Source: Marsupella aquatica
Taxonomy: Eukaryota; Plantae; Marchantiophyta
Direction of reading: 5' to 3'
DNA length: 64,000 nucleotides
Assembly (NCBI GenBank): GCA_973895155.1
Contig: OZ316892.1
Span: forward strand, 13,637,270 to 13,701,269
The position numbers and the translations under genes are program-made. Position 1 is the stretch's first letter, and each line of letters starts with the position of its first letter. The notes under the pieces are model-generated. The model was not told the origin of the DNA, did no database searches, and saw only the letters and a program-made list of their open reading frames with translations. Positions 1 through 14,900 of the stretch are shown here, piece by piece.

Positions 1-148
1 GTAACCAACGGTACATAACAGTTTTACTTGTTCTAGTGCTTTTGGTGCCCTCCAATGACACTTTTTTGCATACGGACCTTCTTTACTTTGTGAAGATTGT
101 GAAAGTGATGTGTCGTTGAACTGAAGTTAGCAGTGTACTGTTTTTAAG

Positions 149-205
149 GTAACTTGGGTGTTCGGGTATCTTATCATATCGCAATCTATCTATTATATGG
201 CTTGA
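149..205 (+). CDS. Probable terminal exon of an unidentified gene entering from the left edge (VTWVFGYLIISQSIYYMA*)
   Basis: Window begins with gtaacc (donor-like). A T-rich tract and ttttaag| acceptor at 148 precede a hydrophobic 18-codon frame ending TGA at 203-205. Family not recognised. Confidence 0.35.
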   Translation, partial: VTWVFGYLIISQSIYYMA

Positions 206-2199
206 AAGCACTCTTGAAACGACGTTATTACAGGCACGGACTTCCAAAAAATAACGGAGCACCGCCCATGGAGGATCTAGAAGTACAGGAGGAACAACAG
301 TGGTGTAAATGTACACTAGGACATTTACGATCTATTTCGCGGCACTATGCCACAGAGGTGATTTGCTTCGTTGCGTTTTACTCTCGTAACGACAGATTCA
401 CAACAGGCAATGAAATCTTGAAAATCTTGGAATAGGGGTATCGATGGCTGACCTCCGTGGTCAAGTATATTTGGAGTGAAAACTCACAGCTGTTCTTGTC
501 ATGGTGATCCTGCAGGTGTGGGCTTTGATGGAAAAATTAGATACAGAGGTTTTCACTGGCACTGTCCATCCAACTGTGTCCCTAACAGCTTTCTCAGGCT
601 TCAGAAGACATTGGTAGTAATAATAAGGGACGAAGAAATCTCATTAGTGAACTGCCTAATGTAAATGAGGAATAGAAACATCCAAACCTTTCTCCTGAAC
701 CCCTAACATCTGTTCTGTTCAGTGTGGTTGGATAGAAGTTTGGAAGCGGTCTTGAGGTCCATGTGTCGGAAATTGGGTACCCCGTCCCTTCAACCTGAAG
801 TTAAAAAAGAAGGGTTTCCAGGGCCCATTCTTAAATTTTGTTCTTCTCGTTTCAGTGTTTGAAGTTGCTTGGTTTGACGTTTAGCTTGACCAGCTGTGTC
901 ATCCCATAACGAGATAAGTCTTCGGATTTTCTCTCATATGCATGTTTTGTAAATCTGAGCTGTACATCCTCCTGATTGAGTTTGACAGAACCATGAATTA
1001 ATCATTCGACAACTTCATTTGGGAAATCATGCAGGCTGAGATGCTCGTTTCCGTGCATTTGACTAAGTCGTTTAAGTAAGTTGTTGATAGATAGTAGTAT
1101 TTTCTTTGGCCAGAATTACCTATGGGCTCGGCATTTTGCTATGGTGCGTGAGGTTTTCCATGTGACTGTTCATGTAACTGTTTATCAAAACCACAAACCA
1201 ACCAGTACATGACTTCGACGTTAAAAGCTATATTCTCATTTAAACCATTCTCCACAAATGTTGATCGCGTTGTTCTGACGCATTCTTCAACGCCTGAATG
1301 TATTGGTTGCATCTAACATAACGTGGAAAAGTTTTTCACAGGTGAGACTTAGTTTTAATTGCTCAGATGTATAGGTTGAAAGATGAACTAATCCTTATCA
1401 GGGAACTCTGTTGTCAGGTGCAGTGTGCAACCTCTCACATTAGTTTTTGCATTCTGCTTTCAAAAGCGGTTTTCCATTCAAGCTTAGTTCACCAAAGAGA
1501 ATCCTCACAATGTAATTTGTGCGATTCTAAGAACAGGTACCGTGAAAACATTGACAGAGAAGTTTCTTAGAGGTTTTCTTGATAGGAAGGTACTGTTTTA
1601 ACAATTCGCTGATTCGCTTATTATATTACCTACCATTATTAGAGTTTCGTATCCTTGCACGATACTCTTTCCTGCCCCTGTTATATGCTCCTAGCTGCCC
1701 GCTGCATACGCTTACCGAATGATGATGATCACTTTTTCCCTCACATGGCTAGCTGGCGATCATGGGTATCTAGCATTCCTTAGCCACAACTGCAGCATCC
1801 CCATCCATAACTTGTGACGATTTGCATCATGTGTTTCTTTCGTATTATTATTACTACTAGTCTTCACCTTTTGCCCCATGCCCTTTATCTTCCCCTCGTC
1901 TCAAGCTCTATCTGGATGAGACTTGTGAGAGGATGAGGATCCTCATACTTTCAGCTCAGTAGTGCCTCCTGTCTCTCATGGCTGTTCACCGACCGCCCCT
2001 TCCCAATTTTCGTTGCATGGTTGCAACCAGGGTCCAAACGTTCTGAATATTCGCAGTTTTGACATACCTCGTCTTTGTGGCTATGTGAATGTGCTGGTGA
2101 CAAGGATAAGGGCAAGGCTCCATTGCATTCAACTCTCAACCATCTGAAAACTGGGTTGGCTGAATATTTTCAGGAGGGCACCAATTGACTCTATTAAGC

Positions 2200-3100
2200 T
2201 CCTCATTATAAAAAGGGTATTCCTAGAGACATTCCTCGAAGAGTCTTTACCTTGCAAAAAAGGAGTTATTCTATCAACACTGCAATAACCAGGTCAGTTA
2301 TCCATACCACCTGGTCATGGAAGGCACATCTGGAATAAATGACTTTAGAAAGAGAATGGGAATTTCTAGATCCCTCTTTCAAAGTGTACCAGGAAATATC
2401 GGCCGGGAAATTCTAGGGTGAAACGAGATGAACCCTTCATACACTTCTGACTTTGAAGGAATCTGATGGTGCCAAAACAAACTTTTCTTGATGAAGGGCC
2501 AGGATTTTGTAGAAACACAAACCCACCTTTTTGGTGGGATCTTTCATAACAGTGTTTGATGTCATTGATGGGATTTAAATGTTGTACAAATCACACACTT
2601 TGATTATTCACTTCACTGATAGGCATTGACATAAGGAAATCCTTGGCCCTCCATCTTAGATTACTTTATTGTGGCTGGCAAAGAGAATAGTTTCCAAGCA
2701 ACCACAAGCATGGTTTATTTAGTTAGCTTTTATAAGTTTCATGCATTTACATGGAGGTAGTGTATGTGCAGATAAGCAAAGCTGCCAACCTGGTCTTCTC
2801 CGAAAGAGATCTCACACCACCTTCCAAAGTCAGTTGTGTGCAATCACAAAAGTGACTATCTTAGAGCATTGTACCACTCCCTCCTGGGGGCAACCTCTGG
2901 TCTAGCCCAAATCCCCCAAGGTCTTTTGAGCAAAGCTTAGCCATTGATCTTTTGGATTGTGGCCACTTGAGTTGCAGTCAGATTGAAAAGCGTTTGAGTG
3001 CTTTTCCCTTTTGTTGTTCCCTTTTGATAGCAGGCTTAACAGTTAGGGCCCGAGTTAGGGGTGTGAGGTGTGTGAAATAGTGCTCTTGTGGATCTAAGAA
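2200..3100 (+). mobile_element. Possible highly decayed Copia-like retrotransposon remnant
   Basis: Broken frames loosely echo integrase/RNase H segments and end in purine-rich gagttagggg followed by tgtg (~3052-3066). No intact ORF. Confidence 0.25.
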
Positions 3101-6100
3101 ATTGTATGCCTAGCTATGAAATGACACAGGGTGGAATTCATGTCAGTCATAGTTCTAAAATCTAACACTTTCCAGTAGCATAATACAATCATCTTAAGTG
3201 AGTATTCGGAAAGAAAAATCTACGACAATCTATAAAAAATAAGCAAATATATTCTTGCGTGTTCTGCAACTCATAACGTAGTTGTCAATCTCCACATTAA
3301 GATGTGTGGGAAGACTAATGTGCCTTGCAAATCAATTGCCGATGAAATAGTTCTCCTCCAATAAAAAAAGCAATGTGGGTTTCATCATTGCCCTGCCAGA
3401 GGATACAACCAGTCATTGTACATCCCAAGAGGATCAAACACCAATGCAAATACTGCAAGAGTGTGTCTCAAGTCTTCATATATACCATAATACCCCCATA
3501 AGAGTGGGTGGAGGGGGGAAGGGGGCTGAAGTCAACATGGGGTCCACCTTTTAATCTCCCATAGGCACGGCATAATGGTCAGCCCAATTGCAATCATTTT
3601 CATGCAAATCGTAACCCACTTTCATCTACACCTTTAATTTGCTATAATCCAGCCCAGCCCTGCTGTGCAAGCATTGTGAAAGCAAGCAAGCAAGGTTGCT
3701 GGAACCATGCCAGGTCATGGGCCTTGATCCAGCAACCTTGCCCTACTTGATCAAGGGCCCTTAGGGGTGGCCAGGGGCATTGCATCTATACCACTAATAG
3801 CAAAGAGCATTACTGTGGAGACGGTGTAATAGATTCAGGGGCATAACCACAGGAGGGGGCGACCTGCAGGGGGCTTTCACACGAAATATGGACGTAACAG
3901 TAAGTAAAGGGACATAGTGCATGTGTTTGAGGAAAAACAATGTTTGATGCGCAAAACACAGGTAGTCACTCCTCATTGGTTAGAGCCTTTGTTGAAGTGC
4001 TGCAAAAAGTTGCTAGTATCTATACCATGCGTGACCACCACACCTAAAAACAGAAAACAATGGACGGCCAGTCGTATCCAAAGAGTTTTCTATTAGGATA
4101 CTCCTTTTAGGCAAAAAATCTTATATAATAAGGGACTGGCTGGGACATGAAAGATGGTGTAGATTGATCCATTATCAAAACAAACTCATCTCACTAGCTA
4201 AGTAACTAATTGAACCTGTTAGTAGGTGCCTGTGTGTGTTGTGCAAACAAACTGTAGTTGAAAATGAGAATGAATGAACTTTTACACTTGCTTGGCTAAT
4301 TTAGTAGCAGACCCATACTGCACTAATTGTAGGAGAGGACCCATGATCTGCTACTTTTGGCAATGGACCAATGCTTGGTTGTTTAAAGAAGCACACCCCG
4401 TATTTGTTTGACGGTCGTGCTTGGACCATCGTAAAAGATTATAATATTTGATTTCCATTCCTAGTGAACACGGCGCCTGAATAGAGAAGAAAACAGACTT
4501 CCCTTGTAGAGAAGCCATAAGACCTGCTCAGGAAGTTTGATTTGTCTTATGAAAGTCCTTTCTTTGGATATCTATCCATGTGAAACTGAAGGTGAACCCC
4601 CTTATAAGATTTAAATTCTTTTATCTTATCTTTCAATTAACCCCTAAAAATTATTTTGGAACAGAGTTCACCCTTATCACATGACATAAATGCATTTAAT
4701 AAAAAGAATTCCAGTTCACTGTAGGGATGATTTATTTGTAATTTGTGTCACTTAGTATTAATACATCTAATCAAGCAAAGTCCCTAGGAATAATTATTTT
4801 AAAGGGATATCATTAGAATAGAACAATTACCCTTGTGATTTTTCACAAGATTAAATAGAAACAATCTTTATTATAAACAGACTCAGGGAGAAGCAGGCTT
4901 ATTGGCTCTGAAGTCTTTAAGGGTTTTCAGTTGTTTTCTCCATTTTATTAGGTCTCATGCCTTTCCTATGTTTTCTCCATGTTATTGGGTCTCATGCCTT
5001 TCAGTTGGGACTCCATGTGGGCACCTCTTGGTTTTGTGAACGTGATATATATATTTCCACGATGACCATACTACAGATAGAAAGAAAGATGACAGATAGA
5101 GTGTCCACTAACTTAAGTCTTCGAGTATTATTAAATGAAGGGTTGCAGTGGAAATGAATTCGGCTGGATTAAGGAATGCGGCATGGAGCCTCTTGCCATG
5201 TCATGGAAGGGCATGGCGCGACATGGCTTGGCACGGGATGGGATGGGATCGCGGGCATGGGATGGACTCAACGTATGGGACCAAAATACGGGTGCAATCA
5301 TTTCCTTTTTATGGCTTGTCTATTTTTTTATGGAAGATCATTCGCTTGTTTGATACGTAAACTGCCCTCATGTATTGTTTTGTGTAAATTTAGATCTCGA
5401 AATTCTGCTTTTGCGTTAATTAAATACGTCTGTTTAAATTCGGTTTCACATGCAAGGTCGGGAATTAATGTAGCGGTGGTACATGACTTCATTTGCAGCC
5501 CTTGATTGGAAATCGCTTACACTATCAGTGGCCTGGAGAATTCCAGGTAATCTTAGCACTGTACACATGGGAGAGAATATTTGGTTCCTTGGAGATCGCT
5601 ATGTACTGTAGCAATGTGATCGATAATTCAGGTTTCAACTTGAATATGCCCTTCATATCCCTTTACTTCATGGACACGTTCGACCTCAATCCTTCCAGTG
5701 TTTTTTTCTCCACCAGTAAGCACATAAATGTCACCCTGCTTGGCAGCTCAGCACTTACCTTTCTAGAGAGGCTCTGTCCTGCTCGTGAGAATTCCTTATA
5801 GGGTCACATTAGTTTTGCTCACTTTATGCCATGTCTCAATAAGTCATGGAGAATATATATTTCTTTTTGACCATTGAAGCCAGATCTACTCATCTGGAAA
5901 GCTAAAGTGATGATTGGCCCTAATTCATGAAAAAAAAACATAAGAGACTTGTAGCAAAACTGCAGTAGCAGCCCTGCTCCTAGTTGCGCCCCCCCCCCCC
6001 CCCCCCCCCAATTGTTACTCTCCTCTATATATGGTGCCAGCCCCTGCTTTGTCATTGCTGCTCATGTGATCTTGTGTGCATTTGTTTGTGTCATGTCTAT

Positions 6101-7889
6101 CAGATGCATAAAGTGGCCACGAGTGAATTCAAGCAAACACCATCAATTTGGAAAAACATTCCCTTGCTCAGCAAATTTGTTCCAACACCATACTCCCTTG
6201 CTTCTCACATCCCTCCCACCTTCTATGCTTGACAAACTTTGGTAGTGGAACCACACAATCTAAATTTAGGATGCCTCTGGGCTTGGCTAAGTTTAGTGCC
6301 AATATATGCTTGACTATTTTTTTGGGGGCCACCGCATGGCTGGAGATAAAGAGATTTTGAGCAAGTTGAGCCATGATGGGCTTCTCACTAAAGCTGCTGG
6401 CCGCTGTGAATGGATGTTATTAAGAAACAACAGTGCTTGAAGATAAAAACAAGAATAGAAAGATAGTTTTGCTAGGGATTAGGCTAGGGCTGAGACAGTG
6501 GTACCTCAATGCAGACATGGCCTGGCCTGGCATAGGTAGGATTGCATCACCTCACACACACAGCAGCCCCCACTGGAAGGAGTTAGAGCATCTTGCATGC
6601 AGACCTACCATCTCTCTGTATGGGTTGGTGACATGATGTGAAGGGGTGGAAGAAAACCTTGCAAAATGGAGTAAACTAATCTAATGTTGAAAGGGCTGAA
6701 AAGGAATCGGAAAATCACCAACAGGAAAGCAAGGTAGGAAGGATCCCTTCTAAGGATTGTCAAGATTGAAGGAAACAAGGAACACGTTATTACTTTTATT
6801 TACAAAGAACAAAGCTACTGTAGCACTCCTGAAAATCATTGCAAACATCTTTCTAGTTAGAGAAATAAAACCTGTTTTTGATTGATAAGAGTATATGTAT
6901 GCCATAGTTTATGGTATGTGGACCATTTTTGAGCCATGAAAGTCACAGTTCTGTGCAGATTTGTACTTCAAAAAGGAACTCCTTGACTCCTCTACAAAGT
7001 GATGTGAATGACAAGAACCTACAGGTTTGTCTTGAAATCAATTTTTTTCATTTGTCCAAACAAATGCAAATTTGTTATACTGTGCAAATTTGTTATACTG
7101 GGTGGGTTTCCCTGCTTGCTCGATGTGAGGTAGCATCTGACTGGTCGGTGGTGAATAAAGCTTTCCATCTCCTCCAAAAACAATCCATAACATACCTGAC
7201 AACCCTGAAGTGAGAATCATCCAGGGAAACAACAGGAAACTCCAATTTTCACACAAATGCTAACGAAGAATTAAGCTGCTCATAGCTCCTTCACACAAGA
7301 TTATTCTCAGCATGCGTATGCTACTAAAATTGAATCATGCATGGACTCCAGGTTACATTAGTTGAGCATCTCCTAAAAATAATCTGCATAGATCTGATCC
7401 TAAAATCATCCGAGCAGGAGCATCATACTTTATATATAAATGAATTAAGCAGAGTAGTTATGCAAAAGGAGTAAAACTGCGGCAACAGAAGGGGAAGCAA
7501 TGGCGAAATGGCCGCGGTACCGACGGGCCGTGTCCCTGTCAGAGCGCGCAGGGGGTGGGATGGGGACATCCCCACGACATGCCAGTCCGTAATGAGGGCG
7601 AGGAAAGCAAAGCACGCAAGCAACCACGCACGAAACCAAGCGAGCAACCAAGCGAAAGTGTAGCGGTCTACAAAGTAAATAAATAACAAGCCACGCTAGT
7701 ACACTACTCCTGTACGCAGCCACCGTAATTAATAATTAAGAGGAGCGCCTCCCATTCATTCCCTCCACTACTCTACAGCAGTAGAGGTGGCGAATGCTCC
7801 TTCCTTACCGCCCCTGGCCTTCCGCCCCTCACCCCTTGTCATATAAGGACGGGGCCTTGCCCTCTCTCCTCCATCTTTGCAGCGATTGC

Positions 7890-8975
7890 CAGAGGAGAGG
7901 AGAGGAGAGGAGAGGAGAGCACTTTTTACTGGAGAGAGAGAGAGGAGAGAGAGGAGAGAGGCCTTGCAAAACAAGGCAAGGCAAGGCAAGGAAAGGCAGA
8001 AGGATAAAGGGAGTGGATGGATGGGGGTGTGGGGGAGGAAATAGTGTCATCAGTCTGTCAGCCATTTCCGCTCTATTTCCTTGCTTGCTTTCTCGTCCGC
8101 ACTCGGGCTTTATTTTAAGCACGTAGACGATTGCAGCGGTGTCTGTTTGTGTGTATAGACAGGGCAGAAGAGTCCAGACTCCAGAGCGTGGGGTTCACGG
8201 AACAACGAGGATTGGAGGAGGAGGGTTGAGCGTTGCATTGCATTGCATTGCACTGCACTGCACTGCACTGCACTGCACTGCAGGGAGGAGGAGCGGAGAA
8301 CAAAATAGGCGACGACTACAGTAGTAGTAGAGGAAACGAGTACTGCTAGGGTGGTGCACTTCGTTGGAGCAGGGCGAGGCGAGGAAAAGGGCGTACTGTA
8401 GTTTTGGGGCCAGGCGGAGGAGAGGGAGGGGGGGGAGGGGGGAGGGGGGAGGATGGAGGGACTCATGTTGGGGAGGAGAAGGGGGCTGGCTGGGCTGGGC
8501 GGGGCAGGGGGGCCCGCCGATTGCTTCCGCAGGGGAGAGGAAACTGAGGCAGGAAGCAGATAGGCAGATACTACGGAGATAATAGGCACAGAGAGAGAGA
8601 GGGAGAGGGCGTGCGTGCGTGCTGTGCGTAAAAATCGAGAAGAAACGGAGAGGATCGGAGAGGAGGACAACACATCTGGGAAGAGAGAAAGGGGCTGGCT
8701 CCGAAGGAAGGACGAAAGGAAGGAAGGAAAGAAAGAAGAGGGGAAGGGTGGCGAAAGGTGTTTCCGGAGGAGGAGGAAAGGCGAGGAAAGGAAAGGAAAG
8801 GATCGTCGTTGTCGTCGTCGTCGTCGTCGTCGTGGTGTGTAGACGGACGAACGAACGAACGAACGAAGGAACGAAGGAAGGAGGCGAAATTCGGAAGGGA
8901 GGGCACAATGTATGAGAAAAGCAGAGAACGAGGGAGGTGAGGGAGCGGGGGGACAACGGTGGGGAAGGTATTTTT
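7890..8975 (+). repeat. Microsatellite-rich promoter/5' leader of UPL3: (GAGAG)n, (GGCAA)n, (TGCAT/TGCAC)n at ~8234-8282, (GTC)n, (CGAA)n
   Basis: Simple repeats read directly. They account for the many low-complexity ORFs on both strands here. Confidence 0.85.
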
Positions 8976-11900
8976 ATGGAAACGCGCAGCCGCAAGCGGG
9001 CGGAGGCCACGTCGCATCGGCCATCCCCTGCCACACCCTCGAGGTCTTCTAAGCGCGCGCGTGTGTCTGGTGCTGCGAACTCGAACTCCTCGTCGGCGTC
9101 TGCTGCTGCTGCTACTGCTGTCGCTGCTGTCTCCACTGCAACCTTTGCGTCTCCGCGGTCACGACCTTCCACCCGTGCTGTTAGTTCTGCTGCCCCCACC
9201 GTTCCTCCTGTTCACCACAATCATCATCATCATCATCATCACCATCATCATCTAGTGCCTGCTGTTGCTGCTACACCCTCCGCTCCACCGATGGATTCTT
9301 CGTCTTCTGCGTCGGGCTCCAAGCGCTCGCATGACAAAGGCGCCAAGAACAAGGAATCGGAGAAAGAAGAAGTCACGGACAAGGAAAAGGATCCGATCAA
9401 AGAGAGGGAAGTAGATAAAGGAAAGGAAAAGGAACCAGATAAGGAGAAGGAGAAGGATCATCGAGGCCGTGATAGGGATAGGACTGCCGCTGCCGCTGCC
9501 GCTGCCGCTGCTGCAGCTGCGGCAAGCGGAGGAGGAGGCGATGATGACCACGACGGCGAAGGCGGTAGTTCGCTTCACCAGAATTTGCAGTCCGCTAGCA
9601 GCGCTCTACACGGATTGTTGAGAAAACTTGGTGCTGGATTGGACGACCTCTTGCCGTCATCCACTCCATCATCCCATCAGAATAGCAGGTTGAAGCGAAT
9701 TCTCTCCGGGTTACGTGCTGAAGGAGAGGAGGGGCGGCAATTAGATTCATTATCCCAACTGTGTGAATTGCTATCCATCGGAACCGAAGACTCACTCAGC
9801 AGCTTCTCCGTAGACTCGTTTGTTCCGGTGTTGGTGGGGCTTCTCAATTACGAGTACAATCCGGACATGATGCTACTGGCAGCCCGTGCCTTGACCCATT
9901 TGTGTGACGTGCTGCCATCTTCATGTGCAGCAGTGGTGCATTACGGAGCTGTTCCCTGCTTTTGCACTCGCCTTCTCACAATCGAGTACATCGACCTGGC
10001 GGAACAGGTGACCCGGCTTCTCACTCACATCCCTGGCCTGAACTACACCACATCCTACCCTACCGTCTCTGAGTGCACTGCGCCGAGTTCATGTGTTTCT
10101 TTGGAATCGGTCAGCTGGAGATGAGACGGGGTCAATTTCATGAATCAATGTAATTTCTCAAAGCGCAGATTGTGACAGGGCTGGCAGGAGGCCGTTCCAG
10201 CTGCGATCTATTGCCCTGCTCTCGAGCCCTGCAGGGTTTTGGTCCGTCGCCCGTTTCGTTTTTGCGATCGATTTTGGCAGTTGAAGTAGGCCAGGCCATT
10301 CCAAGAATTAGTTCATTGTCCCCAAACTGTACATATCGTTTGACCTTGGTGACTTCAATGTCAAATACACTTCGTTTAGTCAGGCGATGCATCCAACTTG
10401 CGTCTCACGAATTCTGGTCAAATCGTAGGTTTGTGGCAAGATCTATGGGGATCGAAGGGTTTCTGATGTATGTCAGGGGATTTACCTTTGAGTTTAATGG
10501 AAACGGCTGCTAAATGAGAATAATTGCTTGCAATGTGCAGTCTCTTCAAGCCCTGGAGAAGATATCTCATGAGCATCCTACTGCTTGCCTACGTGCTGGT
10601 GCCCTTATAGCCGTCCTCTTTCATCTAGATTTCTTCTCAACGGGTGTTCAAGTAAGTACAACACAGTACACTTCGGACCTCTCGGAGTTGAGAGGATCGC
10701 TTGCAGATTTTGGTGCCGTACGTTCATTTTAGGTCTTCCGAGCATTCAATTTCTCATGTGCTATCTCAGGGTACTTAGCCCCAATTGAAACCTTTGAGTC
10801 AAACTATTAGGTTTAGCGGAGTTTTTGGTTTTGACTCTCTGCTGTGGCTAATCTTTCATCATGCGTTTCGTCGGGTCGTGGTCATGATTTAGTTTGTTTT
10901 GCCTATGCCACTGGCTGACAAAATTCGCCATCTGATTTGGTCTGAATCAGAGAGTTGCAGTCTCTACTGCAGCCAACATTTGCAGGCAGTTACCCTCAGA
11001 TGCAGCAGACTTCGTCATGGAAGCCGTTCCTCTGCTGACTAATCTTTTGCAGTATCAAGACTCAAAGGTAACCAATCGTTAGCTTGGCTAGCCAGGGTTG
11101 TGATAATTTATCGCGCTTAAATTTTTGCTTCCGACGCTAACGCGTGACCGTTCGGTGGTCTGCAGGTGGTAGAGCACGCCTCTGTGTGCCTCACGCGAAT
11201 TGCAGAAGCATTTGCTTCGGCTCCGGAGAAGCTTGACAACCTGTGCTCGCATGGATTGATCCCACAAGCTGCACGTCTAATTTCTGTAGGAAATTCCTCC
11301 AGCAATTTGGTGCCTCAAACCTCCCTTAGTACATCCACCTACACGGTACGATACAATTTGTGGGCTTTCAAAACGGTTTCTTGGTGCAGTTTCTCTTGGT
11401 CTTGCTTAGGGAAAAATGATGTTGACTACTCGTCGTTTACAGGGATTAATACGGCTGCTCTCCACTTGTGCAAGTGGGTCGGCATCAGCAGCCGAAAGCC
11501 TCCTCCTGTTGCGCATCAGTAGCATATTGAAGGACATTCTTGCTGGAGCTGGGCTTGTGCCAAGCACTACCGTAGCCCCTTCTTCTGTGAATAGACCTCC
11601 AGAGCAGGTAAGTCAGAAATTCGTATCAGTATAATTTCTGTCATCGCAGTGCGTTTCACAGTTCTATCGTATACTGGAACTCTATCGTAAAATTTTGTTC
11701 AGAGTCCATGCTTGTTAATATGTGTTGTTTGCGACATATCTGAGCCATCTTTATATTGTGCTTATTGCTTTACTACAACGGGAATCTTGCCTGATGTTCT
11801 TGTTTGCAACGTTATTTCAACCTAAACTAGCACTTGGTGTATGTCACACACAGTCTATACCCTCATGTTCAGTAACAACTGGTCTTTTCTCTCCTTAATA

Positions 11901-14900
11901 GCAGAAGAAATATATCTAGAGAAGCAAGGATAGTTTTTACAAGGTGCAATGCTCGCTATTCCTAACCCGTCTATGTTTTTGTCGGGTTCAGCTCTATGAG
12001 ATTGTTACTCTGGTCAACGAATTGCTGCCACCAATGCCTGAAAGTAGTGGTTCAATTTTTGCATCAACCTCCAATGGTATCAGTGGGTCCAGACTTTCCT
12101 CGAGAAAGTATTCTGCTGTGATAATAAGCTCTGCTAAAACGGACGAAGCTGGGCACGGGACTTCAGGAGAAACAGGCCCTCGGGAAAAGCTCTTACGTGA
12201 ACAACCTGACCTTCTGGTGCAATTCGGGGTGGACCTCTTTCCGGTTTTAGTTCAGGTCAGTCAGTAGCGCCAAGAGACACACCACGTTAATATTGCTTTG
12301 GATCTTTTCTCTGGCTTTTTTATACTTGATGTTAATATTGGGTAGCCTGATTATCTTCTGGCGACATCGTCCTTTACAGGTTTATGGCTCCAGCGTGAAT
12401 CCACCTGTTCGACACAAGTGTCTTGCCGCTATTAATAAGTTGTTACATTTCAGTACGCCTGACATGTTGCGTTCGTTGCTCAAAGAATCGAACATATCAA
12501 GGTAATTTATAGATTCTCTAGGTTCACACGTCTTTCTCGGGTGGCCTCGCCAATTCGATTGCAGAAGTTTCATTCGCTACGAGTCACTAGCCCGGCACGG
12601 ATTGACAGTCTTGTTGGGATGACCTGTACGTGTATTGCAGCTTCCTGGCCGGGGTGCTGGCATCCAAGGATGCATCGATTCTCATCACTGCACTGCAGAT
12701 TGCTGAGATGCTAATGCAGAAAGTGCCAGATGTTTTTGCCAAAATGTTTGTTAAGGAAGGAGTAGTGCACGCCATCGATGTCCTTATAGCTTCAGAAATT
12801 CCGAAACAATCTCCACCGTCCACAGCAGAAAAGTCTGGAGATGCGTCAACGAGTGGTGTTAGTGTAGCACCATCCTCTCAAAGGCCACGCCGAGGGGGTT
12901 CCGGACGGCGACGGTCCACGGGAAACAATAATGACACTGCGACTGTGGAGGAGCCGGGTGGTTCTGGTGCCACTCATATGGGATCACCGTCAAATGTTGG
13001 CCCTGAGCCAGCATTCCGAACCTTGCGGTCAGGACTTAGGGCAACAGCAATTGCGGCAGCCAAGCATTTTAAGGAAACACATTTCTCGGGAGATTCAAGC
13101 CTTACTGATGCAGGGGCCACAGAAAGTCTTCGGAAGTTGAAAACCCTTTGTGCGAAGCTGAACGGTGAGGGAGCTGTAGAAGTGAAAGGAAAGGGGAAAG
13201 GAAAAGCAAAAATTGCTGGAACGTCGTCTCTCAGTGAAGATGATTTGGCAGCAGTGATGTCTGAGATTCTGGCAGAGCTTGGGGGTGAAGATGGAGTCTC
13301 GACCTTTGAGTTTGTAGGAAGTGGAATTGTTGCGTCCCTATTGAATTACTTTGCTGTTGGAAGTGCTCCCAAAGATAAAGCATCTGACCCCAATTTAGTC
13401 AATGTCAGGCAAGATGCCCTGAAGCGATTCAAGCAGTTTGTAGAGCTCTCACTTCCCTTGTCCAGTAGTGGGAAAGAGGCCCCTTTGACCATGCTGGTTC
13501 GCAAATTACAGAATGCTCTCTCGTCATTGGAGCGGTTCCCTGTTGTTCTCAGCCACACACCACGTTCGAACAGTGGGGCCCCTAGTATTACTGCAGGATT
13601 GAACGCTCTTACACAACCTTTCAAGTTGCGACTTTCAAGAGCTTCGAATGAAAAGGTTCTACGGGACTACTCTTCCAAAATTGTGCTCATAGAACCTTTG
13701 GCAACCTTGGTTGCGGTCGAAGATTTTCTTTGGCCTCGTGTTAAGCGGCATGATGCAGTGTTTCCCGCTGCAGCCAGCAGCGCTGCTGACGTAGCGCTCA
13801 ATTCCGTGACACCTGCCCCAACCCCTTCAGTTTCAGCTCCTGTAAGTGTTGAGAGACGTCCGTCCACAAGGTCCAGGGCAGCAGCTGCAAGCGCTACCGT
13901 TTCTGGGAATGAGGAACCAGAGGGTATGAACATGACCACCGCCAAAGGAAAAGGAAAAGCCTTGTCGAGAGGCACTGTTGACAGTGCAGATGATCATCCG
14001 GGCCCGGAAACACGTAATGCCGCTGCTCGGAGGAGAGCTGCAGCCGTGGGAGTTGCTGCTGCCAAACAGGCAATCCAAGGCGTTGGTGCTCAATGTGAAA
14101 GTGAGGTAGGTGTCGACCTCGCTGCTGTATTCCCTTACACCATGTTTTCTGTCGTCACAAAATATCTTTCCATCTCTGGGCTCGAGATAAGTTAAGTTTA
14201 AAATATCAAGTTCATTTTACTGTCGGTGTTGGTTTGTCCTTGCTCCTGAGGAATACTGGCATTAATGCCATCATTTTTACAACCATTTTAATCCAAGTGT
14301 TCTCCTGGACGTACTCTGCTATAAGGTCCGACTCTAAATACAACAGTTTTTATCCGAGGTTTGGTCCGTCCATCCTCACTTCAACTCCTATTCTTATGCT
14401 CTTTGTTCTTGATACCTCATAACAGCACATTACAGTGAGCAATCTCTTCAACTTCCAGATCTGGAGAACTGATCTGGGAAGCGGGATCAAGGTATCTCTG
14501 TTCAGATAAGGGAAACAGACAACTTTGAACGTTGCCTTAACGATGTTTAACTCCTGGTCCGTTAAAATAAATTAAAATTCGGTATCCTGAACAGTACAAT
14601 GAAAATAGTAAGAGAATCAGTTTTTCTTGTCGGGGCGATTATTTTGTACTCGATATAATAAATATCTGAGACTGAAACACGTTTGCAGTGTAGATGACAC
14701 AAGAATGGCTCCTTCCTCACCAGCAACTGAAATTTCGTTGAAGTTTTAAGATTTCACTTAAAACTTGTCTTATACTTGCCACTCAACAGTGTCCTCTCAA
14801 AACAAAGAATATCAATGAGAGTTCCCATTCTTAGCCCCTGATTTGAATACTGAAAGGTTAAGTTGGCTTCAAAATGGGAGGATGGAAGACATTAGGGAGT

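Noticed and set aside
3785-4017. Possible mini-Helitron (tctatac...ctag|t)
   Set aside because: No convincing 3' hairpin and no second copy in the window.
5989-6009. Poly-C run giving poly-Pro/poly-Gly ORFs
   Set aside because: Simple homopolymer, not coding.
8110-9199. Long minus-strand ORFs (334 aa, 187 aa, 148 aa)
   Set aside because: Products of microsatellites and the antisense of UPL3 exon 1; low complexity with no domain motifs.
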